Assembly (NCBI GenBank): GCA_021613535.1
Contig: CP075494.1
Location: forward strand, 4,216,001-4,280,000
Length of the DNA: 64,000 bases
From: Adineta vaga
Taxonomy: Eukaryota > Animalia > Rotifera
Direction: 5' to 3'
Position 1 is the first letter of the stretch; every line of letters starts with the position of its first letter. Below, piece by piece: positions 12,548-25,057 of the stretch. The position numbers were made by a program, and so were the translations under genes. The notes below the pieces were generated by a model. That model was not told where the DNA came from and did no database searches. It worked only from the letters and a program-made list of their open reading frames with translations.

Positions 12548-14361
12548 ATGTCTACTATCGAGAATCCATCGTTACTAACCTTGCCAGTCGAACTTATATT
12601 TTATATATTTCGTTATCTTGATGCGCCAACAATTGTTCGTTCAGTTCGAAGAGTTTGTAAACAATTCTATACAATTGTTCCCACTTATGATCGATTTCAA
12701 TTGAATTTTAAATCAATTCTGAAATCAGATTTTCATTTACTTTGTAATTTAGTAGAATCAAGGAATGTTGAAGTATTAACACTTTCGGATGATGATGAAA
12801 CACCAGGACAAATTGAATATTTTATTTCTACTTTTTGTATTGATCAATTTATTCGGCTTCGTAAATTGACTTTGTATGAAATTGATAATTGTTATTTACA
12901 TATTATCTTGACGAATATTAAAACATCCGAATTAAACTCATTGTCAATTTATTCGAAACGAGATTATTCACAAGATAATACAACTGCCGTTGATCTAGCA
13001 TCCGCTATCGTTTTACCTCGTCTTCTCACATTTCATTTAAATATTCCAAGTTTTGATGTAACTAACATCGCATGGCCTTTTCAATGTACCATAAAACATT
13101 TGGAAATTTGTTGTCATTCATTTGATGGATACTGCAATTTTCTTTATCATTTGCCTAATCTACAAACGTTAGTCGTGGAACAATTGCATGTGAACGATCT
13201 TGAACAGATAAAGGCTAAACTGACTGAATTCGAACCTGTGAATCAGTTGACTTCGTTAACATTGAAATATAGTTTGATTGATATGGCCATACTTGAGTTG
13301 CTCTTATCACTCACACCTTTACTTAAACATCTTGGATTGGTACGAGCAGTAAGTTTACACGCTTTTATATCACATTTATCTGAGTGGGAAAAATTCATTG
13401 GAACAAGAATGCTATTGCTCAAGAAATTTGAATTTTTCCTCATCGATGATCAAAATCATATTCTTCCTGAACTTGATCCTGAATCATATATAGCTTCATT
13501 TCGAACACCATTTTGGACTGAAATGAAAAAATGGTTTATTACATGTGACTGTATAACTGATTCAAATAGTAGTACTATCCTGCTCTATTCATCATCTTTC
13601 TTCGATCCTCAATTCGAATATGTTTGTAAATCGAGAAATATCCGACGATCAACTTCTGTATCCTCAATTTCAAATACGATAGTAATGAATGGAGTGCGTA
13701 AAATGCGTTTGAATATAGTAGAAGTAATGTCTCAAGTGACATCGTCCCAGGTATGTTTAAATCTTATAAAAAAACAGTTATAAGATAAATACAGAAATAA
13801 AAAATTTTCACAAAAACTTATCTCTATTTTATCTAGAATGGTTTTCCAAACAATGTTCTATTTCCCCAACTTGATGAACTGAAATTATGTATCTCTGATA
13901 AATGGCCATTAGGTACTCTTCGATTCCTTACGCATTTGATTAATTTTGAGCATCTTATCAAGTTTTCCTTCGAAATAGATACCGGAATTAACACTTCTGA
14001 ATGTATCACTTTCATCAATGTACTGTTGAAAAGAGCACCTAATATTCGAACAATTGCATTATTATTGTCTTCTCGCTTTTGGTGGTTAAAAGAATATAAT
14101 ATGGACATTTGCTCTGTAGTTCCTGATTATGTCAGACATGTCGTACTTTCGGTATCAACTGTAGATCATATGCATATGGTTCTTCGTCAATTAAAACATC
14201 GACCAACGATTAGATTTGAATACCCGAATCCGATTACGTATGGTGACAATGTGGTTGACACAGTTCTTGCATGGTTTAAACATGAAAATGGATATTATTC
14301 TTATCGATTAGGTAGTTCTTCGATATGCATATGGTTTGATAAAAATTCTAAGACATATTAA
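12548..14361 (+). CDS. F-box/LRR-type protein; intron 13751-13836
   Basis: F-box SLLTLPVELIFYIFRYLD...VRRVCKQF followed by LxxLxL repeats. The intron joins ORFs 12452-13783 and 13936-14361. Confidence 0.8.
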
Positions 14362-15073
14362 CAAGAATAGTTTGATATTCATTTACCTTCTTTTATGTAG
14401 ATATGTTAAGTGTTATAAACAACATTTTTTTCCATTTTATCAGAACAAAATTTTTTCGTTGAATCGTAATAATATGTAAATCTTAATTAGAAACTTACGA
14501 GTTCATATTTGAACTTAGACTCGAGAACAGTTTTTTCAGGGTATGGGTGTGAGAGAGTGTTAATTGAGAAAAGATAAAACGATGTTCACACTATCCCGAT
14601 GGTCTTAATAAGTAAACATGAACTCATCTTGTTTCTGATAACGAAACCTCACTGAAAGCTCGGGCCCATCTAATGCTTATAGCCCAAAAAAAACTTTATT
14701 TATGCTCATTTTTTCCCTTCAAGATAAATTTAAATATATTATAACATAAAAAGACGAAACAGTTTGGAAATACTCAAAAACCTTCTTATATGACAAAAGT
14801 CTATTTAGAGAATAAAGTTAATATGTAATTCTTTAGTAATTTATTTTTTGTCATTAAAACAAGAAGTGCTAATGGTTTTACCGTAAAACTTTCTCCTATG
14901 TGCATTACTTGTTAATCATTCTATTCAATATATGTGAGCAATAAATAAAGAAAAGGAAGAAAGAAATGCTATAAGCATATTTGATTAAAAAAAAAGAAGT
15001 TTTTCATAGATATTAAATTACAGAGATAAATTCATTTCTATCAAAATTTCATTTGAAGATAGTTGTTTGAATT

Positions 15074-15970
15074 ATGAGTGACATTATTGAACGAATCGAT
15101 CAAACAACTATTTATACTCAACCAGTATTCTTTTTTCTAATTTTATTTGCAAATACTCTCAACATATATATACTTTGCTCTCATACTCTTCGTTCATCTC
15201 CGTGCACATATTATTTCATTGTGTATTCGATTAATGCTATAACTCATGCATGCTTTTTATGTCCATTACAAATTCTACGTCGTTATTCTATAATATGGAA
15301 ATATACTTCAATTGGTTGCAAATTACAAGATTTTATATTATTTACTCTTACATTACAAGCTGGCATGATGCTTGTCTTAGCTTCATTTGATCGATTTTGT
15401 TGCAGTTCATCATCAGTACGTTTTCGTTCAATGAGTAGTTTACGAACAGTAAAATTAACGATAGGTTGTTGTGTTTTACTTATTGTTTTGTACATGTTAC
15501 CATTAATAATAATATATCATTATGATTCAACCATGAATGTATGCTCTGTCAATTTAAATTCAGTAACAAGTTTTTATATTTTTAGTCAAATAGTTTTCTA
15601 TTATATATGCATACCTTTATTTTTGATTATATTTGGTATGTTAACAATTATCAATATTCGGCAACAATCGAAACGTGTTGTTCCTATAGCAATAGTAACG
15701 CATAGACGTCGAACAGAAGGACAATTAGTTCGAATGCTACTTCTTCAAATTCTGATTTATCTTATTTTTTCATTGCCATATGGAATCACTTATACAATGA
15801 CTGCATTTGCACCCTCTACACGTACACTCATTGTTTTAGCTATTCGACAAGCTGCTGTAACATGGTTACAACCGAATTATTTTCTATCTTTCTTTCTTTA
15901 TACGGCTTCAGCTAGCATATATCGACAGCAACTCATTCAAATATTAAGACGAATAAAGTATTGTGCATGA
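15074..15970 (+). CDS. Class A (rhodopsin-like) orphan GPCR
   Basis: Seven hydrophobic segments, a TM3 GCKL...ASFDRF (DRY-like) motif, and TM6 FSLPY. Confidence 0.85.
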   Translation: MSDIIERIDQTTIYTQPVFFFLILFANTLNIYILCSHTLRSSPCTYYFIVYSINAITHACFLCPLQILRRYSIIWKYTSIGCKLQDFILFTLTLQAGMMLVLASFDRFCCSSSSVRFRSMSSLRTVKLTIGCCVLLIVLYMLPLIIIYHYDSTMNVCSVNLNSVTSFYIFSQIVFYYICIPLFLIIFGMLTIINIRQQSKRVVPIAIVTHRRRTEGQLVRMLLLQILIYLIFSLPYGITYTMTAFAPSTRTLIVLAIRQAAVTWLQPNYFLSFFLYTASASIYRQQLIQILRRIKYCA

Positions 15971-16174
15971 ACAATCTTGAAGGTGACAGTATGAGTTAAA
16001 ATATGCATATTATATTTTATATAATGAATATTTTTATTCTTTGACATTTCTATATAGTCCAATTATTTATTGTTGCTCAGGGTTATTAAAATTCTTGCCT
16101 TAATCAAGCGAAAATACAAGGGGAAAAGAGGTTAATGATGTAACCTGTAAATATTTTGAAAGCACTGACGATAA

Positions 16175-16855
16175 TTATGGACGATGAAGATTGTGTGCTT
16201 TGTAATTTGGAAAGATATGGCTACGAGTTCGATTACGTTTGTGTCTAAAGATGAAAAACAAAACAAAGTCAGAGACTAATCGAAAGTTCTATTTTTCAAA
16301 TACTGTTTCATACTTAAAGCGCATATGATCATAGGTTGGTTGTATTAAACTTAATTCTTCCAATGTAAAATCATATAAACCCATCCATTTCGAAAGATTG
16401 TCATTCTTAATTTGATTAACATAGGAATATTCATTGTGAAGATTTATTTCATTGGGTAGCTGTTCAAAGCCAGGTGATTTAAGAATGAGATAACCAACTG
16501 CACAATGAACGTTTCGATGATCAACGAAACGTGGACTTCTATTTTCATCAATATTGAAACTTGTATTGTGTTCAGGAAATTCACCTTGTTTCCAATAAGT
16601 ATTTAAATGATCTAATATCTTGAGTTTCATTGAATTATTATTATTCATTTCAGTTTGACGACGAATGAATGATTCAACATATTCCAAATGTGTTTGTATA
16701 CGTAAAATATCAGATGTTGTTTCTAAAGGAAAAGAGCCATGTTTTTCGATGAAACTAAGATCACCAATAACTTTATTAACAGAGAATAAATCAGCTGTTG
16801 AAATCGGTGACGTCGTTAAAGAAACTAATATGTAACCGACAAATATGAGTATCAT
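16175..16855 (-). CDS. Secreted uncharacterised protein, bacterial-like; short terminal exon after an intron near 16246-16313
   Basis: Signal peptide MILIFVGYILVSL and conserved-looking blocks RIQTHLEYVE, YWKQGEFP, PRFVD...HCAVGYLI and TLEELSLIQPTY. Confidence 0.65.
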
Positions 16856-17496
16856 GTTGCAATTCTTTGCGATAAATTTGTACTTTAGAAAATACCGAAC
16901 AGAACGAATATATAAAGAAAGAGAAGCATACAGTGACAAGACAAAAATAAATATTATATTGAAAAGAAAATTCCCGTATCATCAATCATATCCTTTTTAT
17001 ACGGAATAAATATCTTCTTTATGTAGATAATGATAATTCGATAATTAGTTTTTGCGCGGTTGCTAGCAAATATTGAGTCAAAATGATTCATATTAGCAAT
17101 GAAAAAAGGACTTTGTTATTGTAGGGAAGTGCATACAAAAATTAGATCGAAAATAGATTGCATCTCAACAGAAATATTGCCAATGATCTCGATAAAAGGA
17201 AAATGAGCGAAATAGTCTATCAATATCTTATTAAGATCCATCCACGTTCTCACACTCTCAAATACGAACAACGCAATCAGCCGTTGTGTTGTATTCGTCA
17301 TGAAAACCTTTACGAAAATTTTCAATACCTCCACTATTCTTGTTTGCTTGATTGTATTAAACAACAATACTGTATTTTTCGCTATTCTTTCCTCGTGTTT
17401 GCACACAGTCGTCGATCAGCATAGACGAATTCTTTTTATGCATACATATTTAAAAAGTAACTATTTTCATTTCATATTATTATAGCCAGTAACGTT

Positions 17497-20283
17497 ATGA
17501 AAGAAAAGAATTCTAAAACACGCATCGACGACACTCAGAAGACGAACATCATAAAGAAGGCTTACTCCAGTTCCAATCATCGACGGTTTATACAGAACTA
17601 TGTTTTAATCTGGTTACATGATAGTGTATCATCATCGTCTTCCAATCTTCAAAATGAGACGGAGCAACTACGCAGAATTGTAAATGACATCTATTTCTTT
17701 ACAGATTTGGATGAATGTGTGGCTTTCATAGGAGACATCCGATTAGAAAAGGTATATGTTATTACATCTAATTCAATGGGACAAAAGTTAATGCCCTTAA
17801 TTCATTGGATGATGCAACTCGGTGCTATCTATATTTTATGCGATAAGTATCTTCAAGATCAAAAATGGATAGAGACATGGTCAAAAATCGAAGGTATTTA
17901 TAATCAAATCGAATCCATATGCAAAGTACTTCAGGTAGCTGTTCAGCGATGTGATCGCGATTACGTGTCTTTTAGTTTCGTTTCGCCGAACAAAGCTGAT
18001 GATTCGAATTTGAATCTCGATCAGCTAGAATCTTCCTTTATGTATACTCAATTGTTTAAGCATACTATACTGAGTATGGAACATAACGAAAAAGAAGTTC
18101 AACAAATGGTTGACTATTTCCAAAAAATATATTCTACAGATCGGCCGCATTTACAAATGCTTGAAGAATTTCGTCAAACGTATTGTTCGAATAAAACGAT
18201 TTGGTGGTATACACGTACCGATTTCATTTATCCAACACTGAATCGTGCTCTTCGATCGCTAGAGGCAGATATGATTGTCAACATGGCTTTCTTTATTCAT
18301 GATTTACATCAACAACTTGCTCAATTACATGCCGCGCAGATTAGAGACTATGATGGTAAACCTTTTGTTGTTTACCGAGGGCAAGGTTTGACTGTTGCAG
18401 ATTTTGAGACATTGAAAAATAATCAAGGAGGATTAATGTCTTTCAATGAGAGTTATTATGGAGACGAAGATGAAGTACTTTTTACTATGCACGCTGTATT
18501 TCGGATAGATGACATTCGGTGTTTGAACGATATGAACTCACTTTTTGAAGTGCATATGAATCTTACAATGGATGATGATACACAATTACGCGCTATAACC
18601 GAACGATATATTGAACAACTCCAATATTCTAATGGATGGCATCGTGTGGGTAGAGTAATTCTTTTGGTAGGGAATGTAGAAAAGGCAGAGGAACTGTATA
18701 ATGCTCTACTTTCGCAGTCATCCGATGAAAAAGACGAAGCTTCATATAATTATCAATTGGGATATATTAAAAGTGTAAAAGGAAATTATGATGAGGCGTT
18801 TGACTTTTACGAAAAATCATTGCGATTTTGGGAAAAAACTTCTTCTGAAAATTGTCCTGACTTGACGATTTGTTACACTAGTATTGGTTCGGTGTACGAT
18901 GACATAGGTGAATACACAAAAGCACTGTTTTTCTACGAAAAAGCATTAGAAATATGTCAGACATACCTACCTGAAAACCATCCGCGTATGGCCACTTCTT
19001 ATAACAATATCGGTTCTGTGTATTATAACATGGGCAATCATTCGGAAGCACTTGCCTTTTACGAAAGAGCATTAAAGATCAAAGAGATAACTCTTCCCCC
19101 AAATCATCCCAGTTTAGTCGGTCTGTATAGCAGCATTGGTTGTATCTATCAAAATATGCGAAATTATGCAGAAGCTCTGTCTTTCTGTAAAAGAGCATTA
19201 GAGATTGGACAAATAGTTCTTCCTCCGAATCATCCTGATTTAGCCATTTCTCATAACAATCTTGGCTGCATATATCAAGAAATCGAGGAGAATCAAAAAG
19301 CGATATATTTTTTTCAAAAAGCATTAGATATCTGGCAAAAAACTCTGCCAGAAAGTCATTCATCATTAGCTACTTTCTACAACAATATGGGTACGGTGTA
19401 TACTACATTAGAAGAATATTCGGAAGCATTGTTTTTCTATGAAAAGGCATTGAACATTGATCAAATACGTCTACCGGAAAACCATCATAATATGGCTACT
19501 AACTATAATAACATTGGTAAAGTCTATGAAAGCATGAAAGATTATTCCAAAGCACTTTTATTCTATAATAAGGCACTAGACATTTGGCAAAAAGTTCATC
19601 CTGAAAATAATGTTGTTCTTGCGACTTCTTACAACAACATAGCCGGAATGTATCATAGTATGAAAGCATACTCAAAAGCAATGTCTCTCTATGAGAAGGC
19701 ACTAAAGATGCGACAGATATATTCACCTGAAAATCATACTGACTTGGCCGTTTCGTACAATAACATTGCTTTATTGTACAACGATATGGGTGAATATCCG
19801 AAGGCACTCTTCTTCAACTTAAAAGCGTTGGAAATGTGGCAAAAGACTTCTTTCGAAAATCATTCATCATTCGCAATTGTTTACCACAATACTGCTTCGG
19901 CATATACAAACATGGGAGAGCATTCGATTGCATTGCCTCTATACGAAAAAGCACTGGATATCTATCAGAAAACTCTTCCTGCAAATTCTCTATCTTTAGC
20001 TAATGTCAATAGAGATATCGGCATGGCATATTCAAATATGAAACAGCACATAAATGCGTTACCGTTCTATGAAAAAGCACTGGATATTCATAAAAATAAT
20101 CATCCTATGAATTATTCCGCTTTGGCAGATATCTACACTCGAATGGCTGCAGGATATCAAGCACTGGGAGAGGATTCCAAGACAATGCCCTTTATTATGA
20201 AATCATTCCACATGCTTTTTAAACATTATTTCTTTCAAACTATTCATATTAGTATGATATTTTTGAAAATCACACAGTTTTAG
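17497..20283 (+). CDS. ART-domain/TPR protein (about 12-13 42-aa TPRs) with an internally deleted ART domain
   Basis: IWWYT...LNRALR...VYRGQG...EDEVLF...FRI, followed by repeats of ATSYNNIGxVYxxMGxYSxALxFYEKALxI. An upstream exon is likely (acceptor at 17485). Confidence 0.85.
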   Translation: MKEKNSKTRIDDTQKTNIIKKAYSSSNHRRFIQNYVLIWLHDSVSSSSSNLQNETEQLRRIVNDIYFFTDLDECVAFIGDIRLEKVYVITSNSMGQKLMPLIHWMMQLGAIYILCDKYLQDQKWIETWSKIEGIYNQIESICKVLQVAVQRCDRDYVSFSFVSPNKADDSNLNLDQLESSFMYTQLFKHTILSMEHNEKEVQQMVDYFQKIYSTDRPHLQMLEEFRQTYCSNKTIWWYTRTDFIYPTLNRALRSLEADMIVNMAFFIHDLHQQLAQLHAAQIRDYDGKPFVVYRGQGLTVADFETLKNNQGGLMSFNESYYGDEDEVLFTMHAVFRIDDIRCLNDMNSLFEVHMNLTMDDDTQLRAITERYIEQLQYSNGWHRVGRVILLVGNVEKAEELYNALLSQSSDEKDEASYNYQLGYIKSVKGNYDEAFDFYEKSLRFWEKTSSENCPDLTICYTSIGSVYDDIGEYTKALFFYEKALEICQTYLPENHPRMATSYNNIGSVYYNMGNHSEALAFYERALKIKEITLPPNHPSLVGLYSSIGCIYQNMRNYAEALSFCKRALEIGQIVLPPNHPDLAISHNNLGCIYQEIEENQKAIYFFQKALDIWQKTLPESHSSLATFYNNMGTVYTTLEEYSEALFFYEKALNIDQIRLPENHHNMATNYNNIGKVYESMKDYSKALLFYNKALDIWQKVHPENNVVLATSYNNIAGMYHSMKAYSKAMSLYEKALKMRQIYSPENHTDLAVSYNNIALLYNDMGEYPKALFFNLKALEMWQKTSFENHSSFAIVYHNTASAYTNMGEHSIALPLYEKALDIYQKTLPANSLSLANVNRDIGMAYSNMKQHINALPFYEKALDIHKNNHPMNYSALADIYTRMAAGYQALGEDSKTMPFIMKSFHMLFKHYFFQTIHISMIFLKITQF

Positions 20284-20365
20284 GAACTAGTGAAAAGATA
20301 TGTAATCAACATGTTTGCCTTTTACATTTACTTTCAATGATTTTATTTGTTCAACTAAAAACAAA

Positions 20366-22081
20366 CTACCACCATAAATAGCATTTTCGTCTTGTATAGT
20401 TAAGAGAATAATCAGCAGGGAGTTTCGATGATAAAATCAACAAGTTCACTTCCTTCGTAAAATCTTCACGATCATTCGAAATACTCAACATACATAAATG
20501 GTGAATTTTGTCATAGGATATTGGCCACAAATATTCTGCTAATAATTTGAAATCTTGTACATAGATATCAATAATGAAATATTTCATTCGAGAAAATAGA
20601 GTAAGCAATATTTTGATTTGATCGAATCTAATTATTCCGTCGATGATCATTTTCATCACTGTATTCGTCTTGGATGCAATTTGAAATGCTTCGTTCTGTT
20701 GAATGGAACGAAAATCGACTCCAGTAAATTGCACCGTTTCAACTTTCAATGTATGAACATTCTGCATATATTGAAAGAGTACAATCAGTTGTTCGAACGG
20801 AAAATGACGACAATTCACAGTTAATTTCGTTAGTTGTTTCATAGGAAGAATGAACTGAAGATTAGTTGCACATGAATCATGTGATATATTAAAATTCTCG
20901 AGAAGAGTAAGTTGATTTGTATTAGGAAAATGACCTGCATATTGTTTCATTGTCTGTGAATCATGTAAATAAATATGATGAGTTGGATCTTCATTGATAT
21001 CATTCCTTGATGACCAGAGGTTTATCGTCTGTTTTTCATAGGAATTTTTCGAAAAGAAAATTGCTACATTACCCGACGAATTAAATTGATACGCAAAGAA
21101 CCATTGATGTTTCATCCAAAATGATGAATTAAATTTATCAATTAAAGCCTGATAATTTGGTCGATTGATTCTTTGGTACATTTCATAATGAACATGTCTG
21201 AAATTGAAGAAACGCAAGCTGGATATGTAAGTTGAAATCAAATTTTCCCATCGATTAGCATCCAAATAATCGATAGTTGTTTTATGCAATCCATCACGAT
21301 CAACTAAAACATTCAAAACTTGTACATGACGAAAATAATCTATTGCAATCAAATGAAAATCATCAAAACTAATAGATTGCATTTTAATGGAAACATTTGT
21401 CAAAGAATTCCAAGATAACGAACTTCTTTTTGTTCGATTACATCGAAATTCACATAAATAATCGATTGTTAAACGTTGTAACTGTGGTACATAAGATAAT
21501 AAATCATCGAATTGATCAAGATAAACTCTTTGCTTCATCACAAGATGTTCAATGGAACTCGATTCGTGTGCATTTGCAGTTGGCGATATTTTACATTCGT
21601 TCAATGATATTTCACAATATTTCAATGTAGGAAGGTGAAAGATTTTCCCATAAATATCATTTACATTTTGAACATTATCTGCCAATGTAATTGTCAACGA
21701 AGATAAAGCTGATAAACAAGATAAATGATCGACAATTCGTGTAATACAATAACTATCAATATTGTTTAGAGTAAGTGTTTGAAGTTGAGTGAAATTTATC
21801 ATTATCGGACATAGTGATAAACATATTTCAGAAGCAAATGCATTAGATAAGCGAAGTGATTTGATTCGAAAAGCATGTGGAATAATGATATGATTGAAAT
21901 AGCGATTAAAGATGGATTTTGATACGAACGAAATATCGATTGTAATCAAAAGATTTGAATGAATAAACAGATTTCGAAATCGTTGATTGAGATCATAAAA
22001 TGAATGAAATGCTTCATATGAATGTAAAAGGTCGAATATTTCATAAAGAATTTCATTGGAAAGATCTTCGAAAGTAGTCAT
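20366..22081 (-). CDS. F-box/LRR-type protein
   Basis: MTTFEDLSNEILYEIFDLL...FYDLNQRF F-box plus LRR-like repeats. Convergent with the TPR gene. Confidence 0.8.
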   Translation of the reverse strand: MTTFEDLSNEILYEIFDLLHSYEAFHSFYDLNQRFRNLFIHSNLLITIDISFVSKSIFNRYFNHIIIPHAFRIKSLRLSNAFASEICLSLCPIMINFTQLQTLTLNNIDSYCITRIVDHLSCLSALSSLTITLADNVQNVNDIYGKIFHLPTLKYCEISLNECKISPTANAHESSSIEHLVMKQRVYLDQFDDLLSYVPQLQRLTIDYLCEFRCNRTKRSSLSWNSLTNVSIKMQSISFDDFHLIAIDYFRHVQVLNVLVDRDGLHKTTIDYLDANRWENLISTYISSLRFFNFRHVHYEMYQRINRPNYQALIDKFNSSFWMKHQWFFAYQFNSSGNVAIFFSKNSYEKQTINLWSSRNDINEDPTHHIYLHDSQTMKQYAGHFPNTNQLTLLENFNISHDSCATNLQFILPMKQLTKLTVNCRHFPFEQLIVLFQYMQNVHTLKVETVQFTGVDFRSIQQNEAFQIASKTNTVMKMIIDGIIRFDQIKILLTLFSRMKYFIIDIYVQDFKLLAEYLWPISYDKIHHLCMLSISNDREDFTKEVNLLILSSKLPADYSLNYTRRKCYLWW

Positions 22082-23033
22082 TACTATAAACAAAAAACAA
22101 TTCACATTAAATGAAACATTTTCAATGTCTTTTTTACTTTCATTTTATAGTTATGATCCATTTCCTCCGTCTATGAAAAATGAGTAAGAGAAAGAGTTGA
22201 AGAATTGTTGTTGATATTTGCGAAAGATATTTTTACAACCATCTGATAAAATCATGGTTTTGTTCTTTACAGTCTTAGACGAGAGAAAAAGAAAAAAACG
22301 AAAGTGTACACACTAAATCTTCTTTTGTGTTTGACGAAAGACGAAAATCATACTCTATGAAATGAATAGTCATGTTTCCTAACATGTCTATTTCGACTAA
22401 AAGCTTTTTTTCTGGATTATTTGATTTCCCATAAAAATTTCAACTTCCCGATCATGCATTTATAGTGAAATGAAATATTTCGAAATTCTTATTCATAATC
22501 TTCCATATCGATTCAATCTAAGTTGATTTGATAATAATTCAAATCTTAATAATTCATACTGAATTAATCTTATTTTTATATCCATTAAATCTCTCAAATT
22601 TGAATACATTAAATGCATGTTGTAATCAAATTGAAAAAAATTGGATGAATCTATTTTTAAAAAAGTAACGTGACTGCAATTCATTGGTTTAATTTATGAT
22701 CATATTGAATCGATTCATCCAATGGCTTTCAATGGAACAACTCTTAATTTTCTTTAGAAATGACATATGTTGAACATTTTACACGTATAAATCGAACACT
22801 ATCATTTCTTAACAGTGTCTCATCGTCACTTATCGCTTTATGTTTAGCTACGATTACAAGTAAAAGATCTATAAACACAAAATACTTTTAGCAACAATAA
22901 TCCTTTAAATTTGTTTTTCATACGAAGTTGCTGACAACGTAGGAAACTATCATCGGCTTTTCTGTGTGTAAATTTGTTCAAGTTTACGATTTATTATTCT
23001 CGTTTTTTTAGAGAAGAAAATAAATAAAATATA

Positions 23034-24398
23034 TTAATAGAGAGAAATATTAGCAATTGTAGTAGCATTACAGCAGCCATAATTAGTTAACCAATAACTA
23101 ATAACATATGTATCACCCATAATTGTCGAAAAGGTTTGTTGTAGTGTATCTCCCATATTCATACCGGCACAAGGATCATAATAGTAGTAATTGCCTGATT
23201 TTGCATAAGTACTACCTGAATAAACTTGTCCAATGTTGAGATTACAATTGCCTTTACGAGTCCATCCCGTTAGACTACCTGTTTCAAATCCACCATTAAT
23301 TATCATTTGTGTTGAACCATGATAAACATTAACATCATCAATCATCCAACCCCCAGGATCATGACGAAAAAAGAAGGACAGCGTTGCTGATGGTCCTGTC
23401 GCTATCCATGTATATGCATAGCAATTGTATGCAGGATAAATGGATGTTGTAGGATTGAACAAATATAAGAGTGTTTGATTTGAAATTGGTTGAGGAGGAC
23501 ACGGAGGAATGACTGTAAATGAAATACTTTTAAAAAAAGAAGAAGCCTATTAAAATCATGATAACGTATCAACAACTTGAACGTGGCGAGCATTTCATCA
23601 GTAATGCATTCGATTTCAAGGGTAACAGTGAGAGAGAAACATCATAGGATATCACTTACATCTAAATTCTAAAAAACTATCCAATAGATTTATGAAATCA
23701 TACCTGTTAAAAGTGTTGTAGTGGAACTAGTTATTGATGATGAACTACCATCGACTAAAATGATACAATTATTCTTCTTTTTTTCAATTCTATTAAAACT
23801 CGATAACTAATTTATAAAAGTGAGATCTACAACGGCTTCTCTCTTTGCCTATTAAAAACAGAATATCTTATTCAGACTTACCAACACACATCAATGAGGC
23901 ACAACTAAGATTTAAATCCATTCGACACCAATTATGGTCTGCACATCTTTTACCAACATATCTTTGATTTATACATTTTGATCCATTCCAAACTGTATGC
24001 ATTGGACATTGACATAAACCAATCGTCGTATTACTTTTCAGAAATCGACTATTGACACAGTTATTACTTGAAGTATTGTAGAAACTATATGAAGATTGAT
24101 CGACAGTGATCTCACCCACTACTGACGTCGAACGAAGAGATAAAATAATGCCAGTATCAATAGATCCTTCGAATAGTCGACATTTTCGTGAATTAAAATC
24201 GTAATCGAATGTACGACATAAACTATTCTGATAACAAAGATTAGCACAACGAATAGTCGTCTGAATATTGGATATCACTGCTAGTAATTCGATCATATTT
24301 GCTGCTTGGAATTGATTTCCAATTGAACTGATTTGGAAATGAACTGGCGCAAATGCACATATCGTTACAATCAACTGTAGAAAAACAATTAGTTTCAT
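23034..24398 (-). CDS. Secreted PAN/apple + Cys-rich (EB/EGF-like) + galactose-binding-like (CBM) domain protein; multi-exon
   Basis: Signal peptide; PAN CANLCYQNSLCRTFDY...CRLFE; CQCP...W...C; a Ser/Thr linker exon; C-terminal NGGFETGSLTGW...TLQQTF...YVISYWL. Confidence 0.7.
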
Positions 24399-25057
24399 CT
24401 TAGAACATCAAATGAACAACTCAAATAGAGCTGTTTCCAACTATTTATATGATCTTCAGTTATTCAAATAGTTTCATGAAAAATCTGCATATAAAGCACT
24501 GAGAATATGTTTCATCACTTGAAACATTGTTCGTTGTCTTTTTTTAGCAAATGACAATTACGTGCTAAAAAATTATTATTTGCTACTAATGTAAACTTGA
24601 GAATTTCATTGATGCAGTTGCTATATATTAACGAAGAATGTTTTTTTTTCTACTTTCAATTTAATTGATATAGTAGAGATGCGAACATGACATTTACTTT
24701 GTACTCAGATTTAAACTGCTATCGGAAGTTTGAAGATTTTGATTGTTTTTTGTCTGGATACATATTAACAGACATGTATTCTTTAGTATTGATCTCTTCT
24801 GATGAAAGAATGTTTAGAGATGACGTTTCATGTTGATCGATGGTCTTATTATGTGACACATTATGACTCATGCAGTCTTCTATCTATATTCATATGTTTG
24901 CGTCGTGGTTTTGGATGATTGATTTTGTTTTCATATTATATGGTTAATATAAGCGTTTATTTTGAGTGTAAGTGTAATAGAGTCGATAAGGTAAAAATAG
25001 AAGTTAGAGAGTAATCGTTATGTTTTTTTGAATCAATATTTTTTGTAAAAGAAAATA

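Noticed and set aside
18700-20200. 126-nt periodicity resembling a repeat or CRISPR array
   Set aside because: Explained by coding TPR repeats; there are no identical repeats with unique spacers.
22493-22760. Possible F-box/LRR gene remnant
   Set aside because: Only leucine-rich composition, with no diagnostic motif.
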